Source: Monocercomonoides exilis PA203 | Taxonomy: Eukaryota; Protista; Preaxostyla | Direction of reading: 5' to 3' | DNA: 64,000 bases | Assembly: GCA_001643675.2 (NCBI GenBank) | Contig: LSRY02000076.1 | Coordinates: 42,656-106,655 of the forward strand | Part shown: piece after piece, positions 26,220 to 40,330 of the stretch | How the letters are laid out: each line of letters begins with the position of its first letter | Numbering within the stretch: position 1 is the first letter of the stretch | Notes under the pieces: model-generated | What the model was told of the DNA's origin: nothing | Seen by the model: only the letters and a program-made list of their open reading frames with translations | Database searches by the model: none | Position numbers and translations under genes: made by a program

Positions 26220-27260
26220 TAATTACTGTTTGTCTGCCTCTGCTTTTGTCTCCGCCTTCACAAACCTCAGCCCACTCAGCCCAAGCGCCTCCACAACCAG
26301 CGGCGCCATCGCTTCTTCCAGCTTCCCCTGGTTCTCTTTGATTCTCTCCACAAACTCTCTGTGCGCTGTCAGATTGCCACCTTTCTCCTCATTCCCATCA
26401 CCTCCCTTTCTCCCTCCCTTTTCTTCTCCCTTTTCTTCTCCCTTTTCTTCTCCCTCTTTCCATCCCCTTTCTCCTTCCTCTGCATCTTCCCGCTCCTCCA
26501 CGCCGCCAGCGCAATCGCTGCTGGAGACATAACCACATCCTCAGCCCCGCCGCCGACTGCCCCTTCTTCACAATCTTCCCCACTTTGCACACTGCGTCCC
26601 ATCGCTCCATCACTTCGTCGTTCAGCTTCACCACCCCACGCCTCGACTGCGGTGATCACCATATCTGCAGTGAAGGGTCAAACAGATCGTCGATTGACGG
26701 CAACGCATTTACATCCTCCTCAGCAAAGAACCTCTTGCTCCCCGACTTCGTGCCCATCGACGCTGCAAGCGACGGAAGCGGAGCCACCAGCAGAATTGAA
26801 AGCATTGCCGAAAGCTCTACGTCACAGGCACACACAACAACCCCATACAGCACCGCCGGCTGCTCCACAACATGCCCCCGCTGAGTCTGTAGCTCCCGCC
26901 GCGATAGAAGCAGCAACAATATAGCAGCATATTCCGCGCATCCACCTCAGCTATCTCAGACACCAAAATCCACAGCTGCCTCTCGATATCATCCATCGCA
27001 CCCACCGACGTGTATGACGCAGCCACAGCCGACGCATCCGAAGGGTCAACCGCAGGCGCTGATGAAGATGATGGCTGATCATCTCCTGCTGCCTTCTTCT
27101 CTTCACTTCTCCGCCTCCGGAATGGTGAAGTTGATCGGCGTGCTGCTCCTGTTGAAGAAGACGAAGAAGACGAAGGCGCTGAGCGAAGAGACGACTGCTG
27201 CGCTGCCCCGGCCACAAGAAGCTTTTTCAGATACCCCACCACGTCTGCCGGCAGCACCAC
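26220..27260 (-). pseudogene. frameshifted gene fragment, paralogous to 35600-36510
   Basis: A chain of overlapping ORFs in different frames, with clear similarity (RRSTSPFRR, KLxDEVMER, SIxDLFDPS) to the + strand copy. Confidence 0.6.
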
Positions 27261-27379
27261 TAGCTACACAAACGCATCCATATTCCGATTTGAAAGATCG
27301 GTTAGCAACAAAAGCTCATTGTTTTCGAGCGATAGAAACAAATGGAATTGATATTCTCAGACAAGGAGTTAAAAATAGG

Positions 27380-27471
27380 TGAAGCAGAAGCAGTAGCAGT
27401 AGCAGAAGCAGAAGCAAAAGAAGCAAAAGAAGATGAAGAAGAAGAAGAAGAAGAAGAAGAAGAGGAAGAGG

Positions 27472-27502
<31 letters not shown>

Positions 27503-27790
27503 GGAAGAAGAAGAAGAAGAGGAGGAGGAAGAGGAAGAGGAGGAAGAGGAGGAGGAGGAGGAAGAAGAAGAAGAAGAAGAGGAAGAAGAAGAGGAAGAAG
27601 ATGAAGATGAAGAAAATGAAGATGAAGAAAATGAAGATGAAGAAAATGAAGAAAAAGAAGAGAAAGAAGAGAAAGGAGGAGAAGATACAGATGACAAAGA
27701 AGAAGAAGAAGAAGAAGAAGAGGATGAGGAGGAACAAGATGAGGATAAAGAAGTGATAACAGAAGATGACAATGATGCAGAAACAGAAGA
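27380..27790. repeat. compound (GAA/GAG)n microsatellite, poly-Glu or poly-Ser
   Basis: About 400 bp of GAR triplets, directly visible. Confidence 0.9.
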
Positions 27791-27899
27791 AATAGCTCCA
27801 TTTCTGTTTGCACTTAGCGATGGTTGAAACAGAAACACTTTCAGAAGAAAAGAAGCTTTATGCAGTTCCAAAGGTAGTATAGTCCAGCTGTTTTTGAAC

Positions 27900-30173
27900 G
27901 ACACTTTCAAAAATATCTTCTGGTCTGGTTTTATGAAACCATCATCCCATTCTCAGTCTTCCTCTCACTCGTCCAGCATTCCACTCATCCCTCCATACAA
28001 ATCCGGCAATCTACCCAACTCGCAAAGCCTCTCCTTCTTCAACGATATCCTCCCTTCATATGCTTTTCCTCCTTCATTTGACTCTTGCATTCCCAAAGGA
28101 GGCAGACGAACTGCGCTGCCATGTTTGTTCATTACTCCAGTTTGAATAAGCCCTTGAATTCACTGAATCCCTTGTGATTGCACAAACCACTGTTGCATTA
28201 TTCCCTGATGAGAATTCAATGGAACCGAAACTGTACCAGAACCAGAAGAAGAGCCAGAAAATGGATTCAACAAAGGAGGAAGAGAAACATTCACTCCACT
28301 AACTTCATTTGCATCAGTCATCCTTCTTCCTCTGGCGCTGCCGCTTCGCGTCTCCCTCAGCAATATCAGGTTCCCTTTGTTCTTTCTTGTTGTTCCTTTC
28401 ATGGCAGACATCGTTGGGGTGAGGTTGCACATCCCAAACGCTTCTCTCTCCTCTCTTTCTGCAAAATGCTGACCTTCTGCTCCGCTTTTGCCTGTGCTGC
28501 TATCTCCAGCGCCTGCTTCGTGGTTTCATTGAGCTGAATGCAACTGGTAAATGTTCGCTATTGCAGCGTCAATGCAGCAGCTGCTGAAAGCTGTTCAACA
28601 GGCTGCCTCGCCAACACCAATTTAAACTGATTCTCTTTATTTCTCGCTTTTTCGAGTAGGGTTCGGATCTACTATTGTCCTGTAGCTATTCGAATGCCAG
28701 GCGATTTCTTCATGCACTCAATGATGCTCACTCTCGGTGGCTGCTTGCTAATGCTTGGCTGATGCGGGGCTACCGCTAGTGAGGAGGAAGAGTAAGTTGA
28801 GAAAAAAGAGGAGAAAGAAGAAGGAGGAGGAAGAAGAAAAAGAAAAAAACAAAAGATGATGATGATGAGGAGGAAGAAGGTCAAGAAAAAGAAGAAGAAG
28901 AAGTACCATTCACAGAAGATGAACTACATGCTGAAGAGAAACGATGATATGAAATGATCCGACAAAACTTCTGAACTTGCACCGACACCGTTCACAATAG
29001 AAGAAGAAGAGATTTGATTTTCAATTGAAGAATTCCACTTCGAATTCATCGAAGGAGAAAGCTGCAGAAGTGAATTCACCAGCAGAATCGAATACGTCGC
29101 AGAAAGTTAAACATCACACACATGTTTCTCTCCTTCTGCAATCTCTCCTCTGATTGGCCGAATCGTCACAACCTGCGACTTGATCGGCGGATGGCTCTCT
29201 TCCCAGTCAAACAGGATGCCTCTCTTCTCTCCTTTCTCATCCGCCCTCTTCTGCAGTACAGTGTGTCTCTTCACACGTGGACACACCAGGCACACCAGCC
29301 TCTACTCGATGCTTCCACCAGCCACACTCTCAAAAGCAAATTCGCTCATGTGACAACAAGCGTAACTGTCCGAGCAGTGGAGAAAGAGGAGCCTGGAATT
29401 GTTGTGATCTTTTCATCTGCAAGAGGCTCTGCATCTTTCTTTGCGATAAAGCCTTCGCCTGCCAGCAGCGCTTGCGGAACAGTTTTTATGTGTGTGATGT
29501 TTTATGTTCTATCACTTCCTTCTCCCCCTGATCCTATTCCGACTTTGCATTCATTACACTCATTGAGCTGTATCTGCTTCCCAACTTGATCTGAATCCTC
29601 GTCAAATAATCTATTTTCATCAGCGAACGGAAGCTCCAGCATATCATCTGCTTCCCATACGCAGGAACAATACCCCTCGTGACATGGCACTCAAACAGAG
29701 GGAAATCCGACGCTGAAGCATTCAGCCGCTCCACTTCAATCAGGTTGAGTCAGCAGTCAACGCTTGTCCCTCCTTCATTCTGAAGCACGATTGACTGCAT
29801 CGGAGTATCCACCTCTCTGATGTGCACCTACACCAAAAAGCGTATTTCCGTAGCTTCTTCTTTTCTCCCTCTCTCAAATGCAGCATATGCATCAGTTGGG
29901 ATCTGCGTCTGGAACGCAATCCCCAAAACGTCTTGCTTACAGCGGAGCAGCACCCAAACAGAAGTGCAGGTGCAGCAGATTCTGCAGCAGACTCAATAAG
30001 GCTTCTGTGTAGTGCAGGCCATCGTAGCGGTTGAATGTCTCATCTGCAGGTGTGAGCTCGTGGGCAAACTCGTGGTTCAGCTGGTTCAATGACAGTTCTT
30101 TCTACAGAATCGCCTTCTCTGTGTTGTAGCTGTGCTTATCCATAACACTCGCAGAGGGATTGGCTTCAGCCAT
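27900..30173 (-). pseudogene. degenerate coding-like region, unknown product
   Basis: Raised GC, a candidate ATG at 30173, and short ORF fragments broken by stops and frameshifts. Confidence 0.3.
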
Positions 30174-32884
30174 AATCTGAGCTAACTATTTTTATTTATA
30201 TGTGAATAGCTATTCGTTGGACAAAAATACGATATGATACAGAAATGTTACCTTTGTGAAATTATACTGCAATGTGGATGAATATTTTCATCAGGCTTAA
30301 CTTATGAATGCACAGAAGATAAAGAAAGCAGCAATTTCATTTTTTGTTTATTGGGATGAAAGAAGAAGAAGAAGAAGAAAAAGAAGCAGATTATTCCGAT
30401 ATAAAAGTGCAATGTTGCAAGAAGTTCTTTCTGTAGAAAGTGGCAAACAGAAAAGCCGATGAGAGTATTAAATATGAAAGAGAAACAATCAAATTCTTCG
30501 ATTTTTGAGCTGATAGAGACAATCTCTTCTTCAAATTTCTCGTCAAATGAACAGATTTATCAGATTTCTTATTCCTTTCCGCTCAACTCTTTCGAAGTCT
30601 TTGCTTCAAACAAAAGAAAATACGAGTCATTCTCTTTCTTCGAAGGCTTCTAATCATCATCTTCCTCTTCTTTGGTTGCCTCATTGACATTTACTTTCTC
30701 TTTTCAACCAATTTGAATACATGTTATTCTTTATTCTCATCTTCTCCGTCTTTATTTCTTTCTCATCAACATTCTCAACTATTTCATCCAACTCGCCTTT
30801 TCCTTCAAGAAAATCCAGTTCTCTTTCGCAATCAACCCCCCAATTAATCAAACTCTCATCCGATTGAAGGCAGATCCTTGTACACATTCTTTTCTTCTTC
30901 TTCATTCATTTTAAAACCAAGTTTTTTTAAAATTGCAGAGTTGCATCAGTCATATTAGTTGTGGTACTTCAACAGCTAACCCACTGTCGTCATCTTCAAC
31001 TCCAGTACCTTGTGTTTCTGAACTGCAGCCACCTTTCAGCTTTGACTCTTCGGTCAATATTAAACAAAAAGCTCCTTCTTGAATGACTTGGCTTCCGTCT
31101 CTTGCTGCGATATTGAGTAAAATTTTCTGAAAGCAAACGAATTATTCTGTTTGCAGTTGTGAACATGTGTCCATTGATCAACAATCTGTTTGATATCACT
31201 GAAATTGTCAGCGATAATGTGTCTGGTATCGCGATCACAACAAGCGAGGCATGTGATGGAAAAGCTGAAAAATGAAGTAACTTGGCAAAAACTAGCTTTT
31301 ATGGAATGTTGGAGAAAGTGTAGAGAAGGTGCAAGAGATGGCAGAGCTTGTGATGGATTAAGTGGTTTTATTTGTTGGATTCAGCAGCTATCGTATAATG
31401 ATCCAACGAATCGACATGAGAATTTTTGCAAAGAATGGTCTTGAAGAGGAAAAGCGCTCAGTGAAGATAATGAATCAAGCGAAGAGGAGGAAAAAAATGC
31501 TTAAATGAATTCATTGGCTATTCAAATACATTTCAAGATTGAAAAAAAGTTCATATGGTGGAAAATCGTTTGATCTGAAATACCGTGACTGCTTTTCAGC
31601 CATTGATACTGCTTCATTCATGGAATGATCTTCCAATGTTCAAAGAATATATTCCTGATTGAGGTCTGACATATGGGATATTCGATTTTCTGCTGTTTTA
31701 TCATCCTCTGTGAATGCGTTCTACAGGCAAATGCGGAATGAAGTGAAAGATAACTTTGGAAACTGACAATGAATTGATGAATATTTCGAGTCTTGAACGT
31801 TAAGAGCGAAATAGGCTACTCACAAAACATGGATTTATGATTCTAATCTTAAAATGCTCAAAATGCTGGAAACAACATTCACAGAAAAATCAAATTTCAA
31901 GCCAAATTCTTCATTCTGTTCATCAATCTACTCATAGCAAGCATTTTCAACTTCGCTTTCTTTGCAAACACGATTTCAATATCACCAAAAGTAATCTTGC
32001 TGAATCAGTTTTATGACCGAGCGATCAATGAAAGTTTTGGTATTTGAAACAAATGAGAAAAAAATCAATAAAATGCATGATTCTAATAGCTGAAAGAACT
32101 CCATACGAGCAATAACATTCGGCAAACGATTTAAGAAGAACTGTTGAGTCCTTTATCAACAAGGCTCCAAAGAGAAGATAACTTAAACGCTTTTTGTAAA
32201 ATCGATCTTTTCAAATTAATCTTATTTAATTAAATCATTTACCTTCTTTTTTGATGATATCTGGAGTTTAAGACCATGCACATAATTTCAACCGAAAAGG
32301 CAACTGACTCTTTTGTTGCTCCTACTTCTTTCTCATAAACCTTGTCCAAAACTCAAAATTACAGTTTGAAAAAGATTGTTAATCATTATTAATTCTCAAC
32401 TTCTCATCTTTCTTTTTTCATTTCTTCTGATTTCTTGACTAATTTTTTTTCCAAAAAAATCGATTTTACGATATCAGTTAATATTGTGAAAAAGAAATAA
32501 TTGAAAATAATAATGTTTCATCAGAATGAATCAACTTGTGCATGTGGATATCACAATTAAAAAGAAAACCGACATATTTGATGAATCTGAGAAAATAAAA
32601 ATACAAAAAGTAAAATGATTAACACATTTAGTCAGAAGATATCAAATCAATGAGAAATCAATTGGATAGGTTCAAAAAATGAATGTTTTTTTGAAGCATG
32701 TCCAAATGTCCATAGAAAGAGTGAAAATCAATTCAAAAAAGAAAAGAAAGAACATTCCAACATAAAACGTTTCATCTCATGAATGACAAAGGTTTTTGTT
32801 CAGACATGCAGTGAAATGTTGATTTGTTGAAGCTCAAAAAACGAATATCATTTCCAAAGAAACACTCTTTTGCTACAATGTTGA

Positions 32885-34087
32885 TTAATCTGTCTTCATC
32901 CATTCTGGTGGGTCAATTGTTAAATTGTTTTTCCAATAATCAACCATTGTGTCTCCATATTCATTAGCAAGAGTAATGTCGTGTCTCATCCAAACTGGTG
33001 GTTCTGTATTGACATTTTCAATCCAGTACATAGCCATCGTGCAACCATATTCATTAGCAAGAGTAATGTCGTGTCTCATCCATTCAGGTGGCTCTGTATG
33101 AACATATTGAATCCAGAACATTGCCATTGTGCTTCCATATTTATCAGAAAGAGTAATGTCGTGTCTCATCCAAACTGGTGGTTCTGTATTGACATTTTCA
33201 ATCCAGTACATAGCCATTGTTCCACTTTCTCCTTTTCCAAGAGTAATGTCGTGTCTCATCCAAACTGGTGGTTCTGTATTGACATTTTCAATCCAGTACA
33301 TAGCCATCGTGCAACCATATTCATTAGCAAGAGTAATGTCGTGTCTCATCCACATTGGAGGTTCTGTTTTAACACATTTAATCCATATCATAGCCATTGT
33401 TCCACTTTCTCCTTTTCCAAGAGTAATGTCGTGTCTCATCCAAACTGGTGGTTCTGTATTGACATTCATAATCCAGTGCATGGCCATTGTTAGTTTAACA
33501 AAATCTCCTTTTATTGTTATATCGTGTCTCATCCATTCTGGTGGTTCTGTTTTGACATGAATTATCCAATGCATTGCCATTGTCTCTTTTCCAATACCAC
33601 CTTTTATTGTTATATCGTGTCTCATCCATTCTGGTGGTTCTGTTTTAACCCAGATAATCCAATGCATTGCCATTGTGCTTCCGTTATCATCTGCAAGAGT
33701 AATGTCGTGTCTCATCCATTCTGGTGGTTCTGTCTTCACAATTTCAATCCAATACATGGCCATTGTGCTTCCGATATCATCTGCAAGAATAATATCGTGT
33801 CTCATCCATTTAGGTGGTTCTGTTTTGACATTTATTATCCAATACATTGCCATTGTCCATCCGTTCTTATCAGCAAGAGTAATATCGTGTCTCATCCATT
33901 CTGGTGGCTCTGTTTTGACATTTTCAATCCAGTACATAGCCATCGACCTTCCGTTCTGATCAAGAAGCGTTATTTCATGTCTTAAATCTTTTGGAGGATC
34001 TGTCTTTTTCTCAACGATCCAAAGCATGGCCTCTGTTCTTCTTTCGTCATCTCTCTTTGTTGACAAAGCATCGCAGCTATTTTCCAT
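32885..34087 (-). CDS. 400-aa protein made of about 13 tandem 30-31-aa repeats (TMAMYWIxxVxTEPPxWMRHDITLxxxxG)
   Basis: Intact ATG to TAA ORF with a 90-93-nt period: 11 core units plus divergent N- and C-terminal units. Confidence 0.85.
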   Translation of the reverse strand: MENSCDALSTKRDDERRTEAMLWIVEKKTDPPKDLRHEITLLDQNGRSMAMYWIENVKTEPPEWMRHDITLADKNGWTMAMYWIINVKTEPPKWMRHDIILADDIGSTMAMYWIEIVKTEPPEWMRHDITLADDNGSTMAMHWIIWVKTEPPEWMRHDITIKGGIGKETMAMHWIIHVKTEPPEWMRHDITIKGDFVKLTMAMHWIMNVNTEPPVWMRHDITLGKGESGTMAMIWIKCVKTEPPMWMRHDITLANEYGCTMAMYWIENVNTEPPVWMRHDITLGKGESGTMAMYWIENVNTEPPVWMRHDITLSDKYGSTMAMFWIQYVHTEPPEWMRHDITLANEYGCTMAMYWIENVNTEPPVWMRHDITLANEYGDTMVDYWKNNLTIDPPEWMKTD

Positions 34088-35599
34088 TTTGCTTGAAATT
34101 AAGTTCAGAATTTATCTATTTGTTTCACACGAATTTTCTTTTCAATTTATGTGACAGATCATTTATCACAAAAACTTAATAATGGCTTTTTGTTTATTCA
34201 CAGTCTGTTCAGTTGATAGAATTGGAATCAAAAATATTTATTGAAATAAAAGATTTTATTCGAAAAACCAAAGGGAAAATGTATATTATTGGGTAACAAG
34301 GTTAGCACAGACCGGTAGTCATAAACGAGTTTTTTTCAATAAAATATCGGTTATAATAAATCCGCAACCTATTTTTTCTAATATTTGAAATGAATAATGA
34401 AAGATAATTCAGAAAATAATCATGATAGGTGCATGAAAAGCTATATTTTTATCAAAATATATTCGAAACATTAATAAATTATTTGATAAATAATTTGTTA
34501 TCTGTTTGACTATCATATTTGATTGTTCATTTCATATTAAGCACAAAGATAAAAACGAATTATTTAAAGACTTTGTTGAAATAAATAGAATATTGCATTT
34601 TTATTATTCAAAAAAAGCTCATCATTCAAATATATCAAAGGGAAATTATTTTTGAAAAATAAAATATGTTAAAAAAGGAAAACAAAAACAAAACACAATT
34701 AAGATTATTTTTCGATATATGTCCTAGATATTTTTTCGAAATGTGAATTTTTATGAAAAGCAAATTACACATTATTTAATTTACATCGTGGAGTAATGTG
34801 ATATATGTGTTAAAAAAAATGATAAAAAAATGATTTGATTAATAAATCCAACATATGTGTCATTCTTTTTGAAAAGTCGCAAACGTTTAATTGATCTGAA
34901 AAGAGATCAAAAAATGATCAAAAAATGTTGATCATTCCGTTCCCATTTTAGTTTGATAAATGTTATATTTTGTAATTTATTTCGATATTTATAGAAAAAT
35001 TGGATACAAATTTGTTGATATCATATATATTTTTAACTTTATTTTGTAATTCACTTATGTGAGTGACTGCTTTCCAGCTATTTGAATCAGATGAATGAAA
35101 TGTTTTTATTTCCTCATTTTCATTTCATCTGTTCGAATATTCATTTGAATTTTTGGATATTTAATAAGTCTTTCATAATTTTCCTTTGCTGAAATACAAA
35201 TAATATTTGATTTGCTTGAATTATTGAATTTTTTATTAAAAAAATTATCAGTCAGGAAAAATTCATCAAAGCTGCACTCGTAACAATCGAAAAATATTCA
35301 AAAAATAGTTGACATAAAGCAATTATTAATGTTATTATAAAAAGTTAAAGTTTGATTATTAATTTTCAATATGAATCTCTGCTTGTATCAAACTCAAAAA
35401 AACAATTTTTTCTCATATTTTGATTCAAACAGTTTGTATCATCAAGTTTCTTTCGCCTCAGAATGTGCCTTTTCCTTCTCCCTTTCAGTTTATTCAGATG
35501 CACCATATTAATATGTTTTGCTTCAATCTTTTCAAATTGAACGAAGCAAGCAGGTTTTTTTCGGCTGGTCTACCATTCTGATGCAAATGTGAATGCTGT

Positions 35600-36510
35600 T
35601 AGTGTTTCTGGTGGAACTTATTGCTCACTTGGTGGAGTATCTCTAAAAGCTTCTTAATGCTGAAGTAGCATAGCAGTCGTCTCTTTTCTCAGCACTTTCA
35701 TCCTCTTCGCCATCTTCAACTGAAGCAGCACGCCGATCAACTTCGCCATTCCGGAGATGGAGAAGCGAAGAGAAGAAGGCAGCAGGAGATGATTAGTCAT
35801 CTTCATCTTCTTCCTCGTCCTCGTCCTTGTCATCAGTGCCTGCAATTGACCCTTCGGATGCGTCAGCGGTGGCTGCGTCATACACGTAGGCGGCAGCGGT
35901 GAACTACATTGAGAGGCGGCTGGGGTGGATGAGCGGCATATGCCGCTGTCACCCCATTCACTGCAGACGTTGCGGGGATATGTTGTTGAGCAGAGGGCTG
36001 TGTTGCATGGGGGTGTTGTGCGTGAGTACGACGTGGCGCTTTCAGCGATGCTTTCGGTTCTTCAAGTGGAGCCGCTTCCGTCGCTTCCATCTTCGATGGT
36101 AACGAAGTCGGTGAAGAAAGCGGATCTTTGCTGCAGCGGATGTGAATGCGTACAAGTCGATCAACGATCTGTTTGACCCGTCGGGGCAGGCATCGTTATC
36201 TTCTCAGCTGAAATATTTGGAGGTGAAGCTGGACGACGAAGTGATGGAGAGAGGAATTGCAGTGTGTAAAGTGGGGGAAATTGTGGAGAAGGGATTGGAG
36301 GAAGTGGGGCTAAGGATGGAGGATGTGGTTTTGTCTCCAGCAGCGATTGCGCTTGCGGTGCCAGAGGAGCGAGAAGAGGATGAGACGAAAGGCGACTATC
36401 CCACAGCGCACAGAGAGTATTCGAAAAGAATCAAAGAAAAGCAGTGGAAGCTTGAAGATGCGATGGAACCTCCTGTTGCTGAGACGTATGGGTTTAGATG
36501 GCTAAGTTTT
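35600..36510 (+). pseudogene. decayed inverted paralogue of 26220-27260
   Basis: Antisense ORFs 35654-35881 and 27014-27382 align (MTQPxxTHPKGQxQALM...HLLLPSSL). The sense frame has multiple stops. Confidence 0.65.
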
Positions 36511-39500
36511 GTGAAGATGATTAATTATTTTTTTAATTGAAAGAATAATTATTATTTTTCTGATGCTGCCTATGCTTCTTGTGCATTTCTCGTTTGCCTT
36601 TTTTCGCATATATTCTTCTGTTAATTCTTCTTCGTCGACTTTGTTCTCCTTCAAGTGTAGAAGCTCTCTAATCACACTCCGAATCATTCTTTTCGTAACT
36701 TACGCCAGCCGCTGCAGAACCACGAAGCGCTTCTTGTTCAGTGTTTACAACAGAATATTGATTATCTTCACTAACGGCACGCCTAAACTCACTGTAGCAA
36801 CTGCATTCACAAGAATCACCGCAAGAATTATCAGCTTCTCCCTCTTATTGGACCCAACCATGTTCGCCTGTCTCACTTGCTGGCATCCATCCAACAGCGG
36901 ACAGATACCATTGAACATGCCCGTTTGTTGGAACTCGTTGAAATGTGAATGGATCTGCAGCACATGTTTTTTCTTCAGCCGATGCAGATTCAGAACCTCA
37001 AAATGAAGATTAGAAAGAAGTTAATTCAAGCTTTCTGTTTTAAAAAAGATTCTATGTTTGCTTTGTCGAATGTGAAGAAGAAGAACAAAATAAACTTAGA
37101 CTTCAACATCACAGAGAGATTCGTTTTATCAAACGTGTTCTTTGCAATCTTTTGCTCTTTTTCAGCTGTTTTATTCATCGCTTGCTATTGAACGGTAACT
37201 GATTGCAGAGCAAAGCTTTCGTCGCTGTTATGAATTTAGCCATATTCCACTTCGTTGGAAAAGATCAGTTCGTCCGGCTATGCGAAGCGAGTGGCATCTA
37301 TGGTGATTATGCTGAGAGTTTGCAGAGTTGCAACATCGAAAAGGAAGAGTATAACAAGCGTGAAAAAGATAATGGAGGATATGATAAAAGGCGCGATGAA
37401 GAGAAAATAGATCATGCAGATAAGAAGGATAATCATCTTCATGTGAAAGTTCATCAAATCCGTTTTTCCAATCAACATAATCCTTGTAAATTATGTGTCA
37501 CCCGATTAATTCATCTTTTTTGAATACTAATTCCCAAACCTCTCTCTCCCACACTTCTGGAACTTTCTCTGAGCTCGACTCACCAGCTTAATGTATTCTC
37601 TTTCTGGAGATGATGCAGAAGAAGAAAAAGAAGAAGAAATAAAAGCAGTTGTTTTGTCAGTCCCATTTTCCTCTCTCATACAATTCTTATAAACTTCTTT
37701 CTTTCTTTGTAAACAAGATCCTCGTTAAACAGAGATGTCAAAGAAACATCCTCATAAATTTTATCCACTCATTTCTACAGCATCTGAGCCCCGTCCTCGT
37801 CTCTGTGTATCTCCAGCAGCTGCTGGCAATTCAGCTTGAGCACCTGTTTATTGTGTGGATACGTCTTCAGCAGCTCATCATTTCATCCCCACACATTCAT
37901 CTCGCTGTTCATCATGAGCTGCTGATGTCGCTTCGCCCGCTTGTATGATGGCTTTCTTATCATTAGCTCCTCCCACATCTCCTTCAGGGTAACAAGTGCC
38001 CTGTGACGTTTACTCTCTTCCTTACAAAAAACGTATTGAACTCCAGCTGCTTCATTCTCGTTCGACCCGTAGCTCCTTCCAGACTTCTTTATATCACAAC
38101 GCAGCCCTAACCTCAGAAGAAGAAATGTGTAACACTATCGGTTCTATCAAAAATCCAAACTGGATATGATGCAGTTCTTCATCCAATGCTCGAGGCTGAT
38201 TCCGAATTGGAAATGAAGAAGGGAGTGCATGTGGCAGCTGGACAGGTGGAGCAAGAAGATACTTTGGCTATGCACTTCATTGGTTTTTTTTAGCAATCTC
38301 TATCTTGGATGAAGCACAATCCGCGCTCGATGGCTCAGATGTTCTACAGACTTGTGATCGTTTGGTAAGAAAGAAGAACTGCAGTTGGGATTGGAAATGT
38401 ACAAGGAAGAAGAAGAAGAAGAAGAAGAAGGCGTTGTTATTGCTGAAATGAAAAAGAGAAAAGAAAAAGAAGAGGAAGGGAATGCTCAGGATGCAGAATC
38501 GCTGCTTATTGTTCTTGTTCATTCTCAGTGCGTAATGCTATTTAATTGGAGGGAATATTAGAGAAGGCAGAATAATTCTGCGTTAATGACTGCGATTCAT
38601 ATACTGGTGGCAGGTTGCACGTAACATGTGAGAATTGATCCAAATATAGTTGAGGAAGAGAATTCACAGAAGTGTCATATGACGTGCATCACGTTAAATA
38701 AGGGAAGGCTGTTTGAGAAGAAGAAAAAGGCGGCAAAAGAGTTATGTTGTTTAAAGAAGAAGAAAATGAAGAGGAAGGAGAAGAGGAAGAAGAGGAAGAA
38801 GAAGAAGAGCGTGAAGAAGATAAAAAAGGCGAAAATGATAACAGCCAAGAAGTAATTATGTGCATATAATTTCATTTGTTGGAGCAGCGCAAATGACAAC
38901 AATTACAGCGAACATGATGAAAAATGCAAAGAGAGGGAAGAAGAAGAAGAAGAAATATTGAAATTTTCAGAGTTTTTCATATAAAAATGAAAATGAGAAG
39001 AAGACGAAATATTTTTTTTTGAGGTGAAAGAAGAAGAAGAAGAAGAAGTGGAAGACAGAAAAACTGTGAACAGGAATAAATAATAGGAGTTAAGTGGAAA
39101 TATATCTCATTTTTGTGGCAGCTAAGTGGCAAAAAAAGAAGGCAAGTTAGTTGTTATATTCACTGTTGTGTAGTCTGAAAGTTGCAGTCGATTGTTTTGA
39201 TGGAACTACATATATGACAGGTCAAGCGCGCCACAGGAAAAGTGATGATAAAGGTATCACATGCTTTCTAAATGTGTTTGCAGATGAGGAGGAGCTGCTG
39301 AGTGTGCGCTAAGGGTGTTTCAATAATAATTTATCTAATCCAACACTGTATTCCAGAAAATGTGGTTTCTTCAGAGGTTGGAAATAAAGATTATGAACAG
39401 AAACGATCTCCTCCGCTTCGCGTCGGCGTGGCCTTTTCGCGCTCAAACATTCATCTCTTTGATTCTTCTCATCCTGCATCTGTTAAATCTTTGGCTTTTT

Positions 39501-39789
39501 CTGGATATTCTCACAACTTTTCCTCTCCGACTCAGGCTGCATGTGCGCAGAGAAAATGCCTTCTTTTCTTCTGTCTTCTTAATAGAGTGCTTCTTCACTT
39601 GAGCTTGAAAATCTTTATCCCGCTGTGATCGAAAGCTACGTAATAACTCTTTCAATTCAATAAAAGGTTTGTTCACAAATACGAAAAAATTCCTTGTTTG
39701 TTGAATATAGCAAAAACTACAAAATAATGGAGATCATTTTTACCAAGTTCGCATTTTCCATTTGCAATATATCATTCTGAACATTTATC

Positions 39790-40330
39790 AGCTCTGTGGT
39801 GAACGCTGTTTCTATTGATTGTTCTCTTCAAGTGGAAATGTTCAGACAACTTCTAAATATCTCTCCTATTCCTGTGATCTCAAACAGCCTCAAGGCTCGA
39901 TAATTTGAATAAACAGAGTGATGCATAAGTGCAAGGTCTCTGACAGTCAATGTGCCTGCCGAGACTGAAAATAGAGACAGCTCAGATGCTTCAAATTCTG
40001 TTTGGATTGCTGTGCTCATATTGCTTTGGCCATAAACAGTGAAAGCGTCACAATCAAAACTATTCGTTTCGATAATCGTTTCAGAAAATACTTCAACATT
40101 TGTGATTAAGTCCGTTATCAGTTGTGTAAAACAATGAATGATGGTGCTGCAAGGATGGCTTTCATTCAGTCCATATGCATATGCATCTTTGGAGTTTGGT
40201 TTCTTTTCAATTAAAGAGATAAATCTGACATTTTCGAAAATGCTTCGAAGCCATTCGCTTCTGCCCGAAATAAGAATTTAATTTGAACAAACTCTGTTTG
40301 GATTTTACTGATGGATTAACTGCAGGAACA
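39790..40330 (-). pseudogene. fragment of the membrane-protein family
   Basis: HPCSTIIHCFTQL and LFSVSAGTLTV remnants resemble the PC-x-TI module of 10010-14128. Confidence 0.4.

Noticed and set aside
27302-27910. Overlapping poly-K, poly-F, poly-L and poly-E ORFs here and at 1111-2072 and 9587-10008
   Set aside because: These are alternative-frame readings of GAA/TCT microsatellites, not independent genes.
32900-33990. CRISPR-like periodic repeats (tcgtgtctcatcca every ~90 nt)
   Set aside because: The period is a multiple of 3, the intervening sequences are homologous to each other, the array is one ORF and there are no cas genes. It is a protein repeat.
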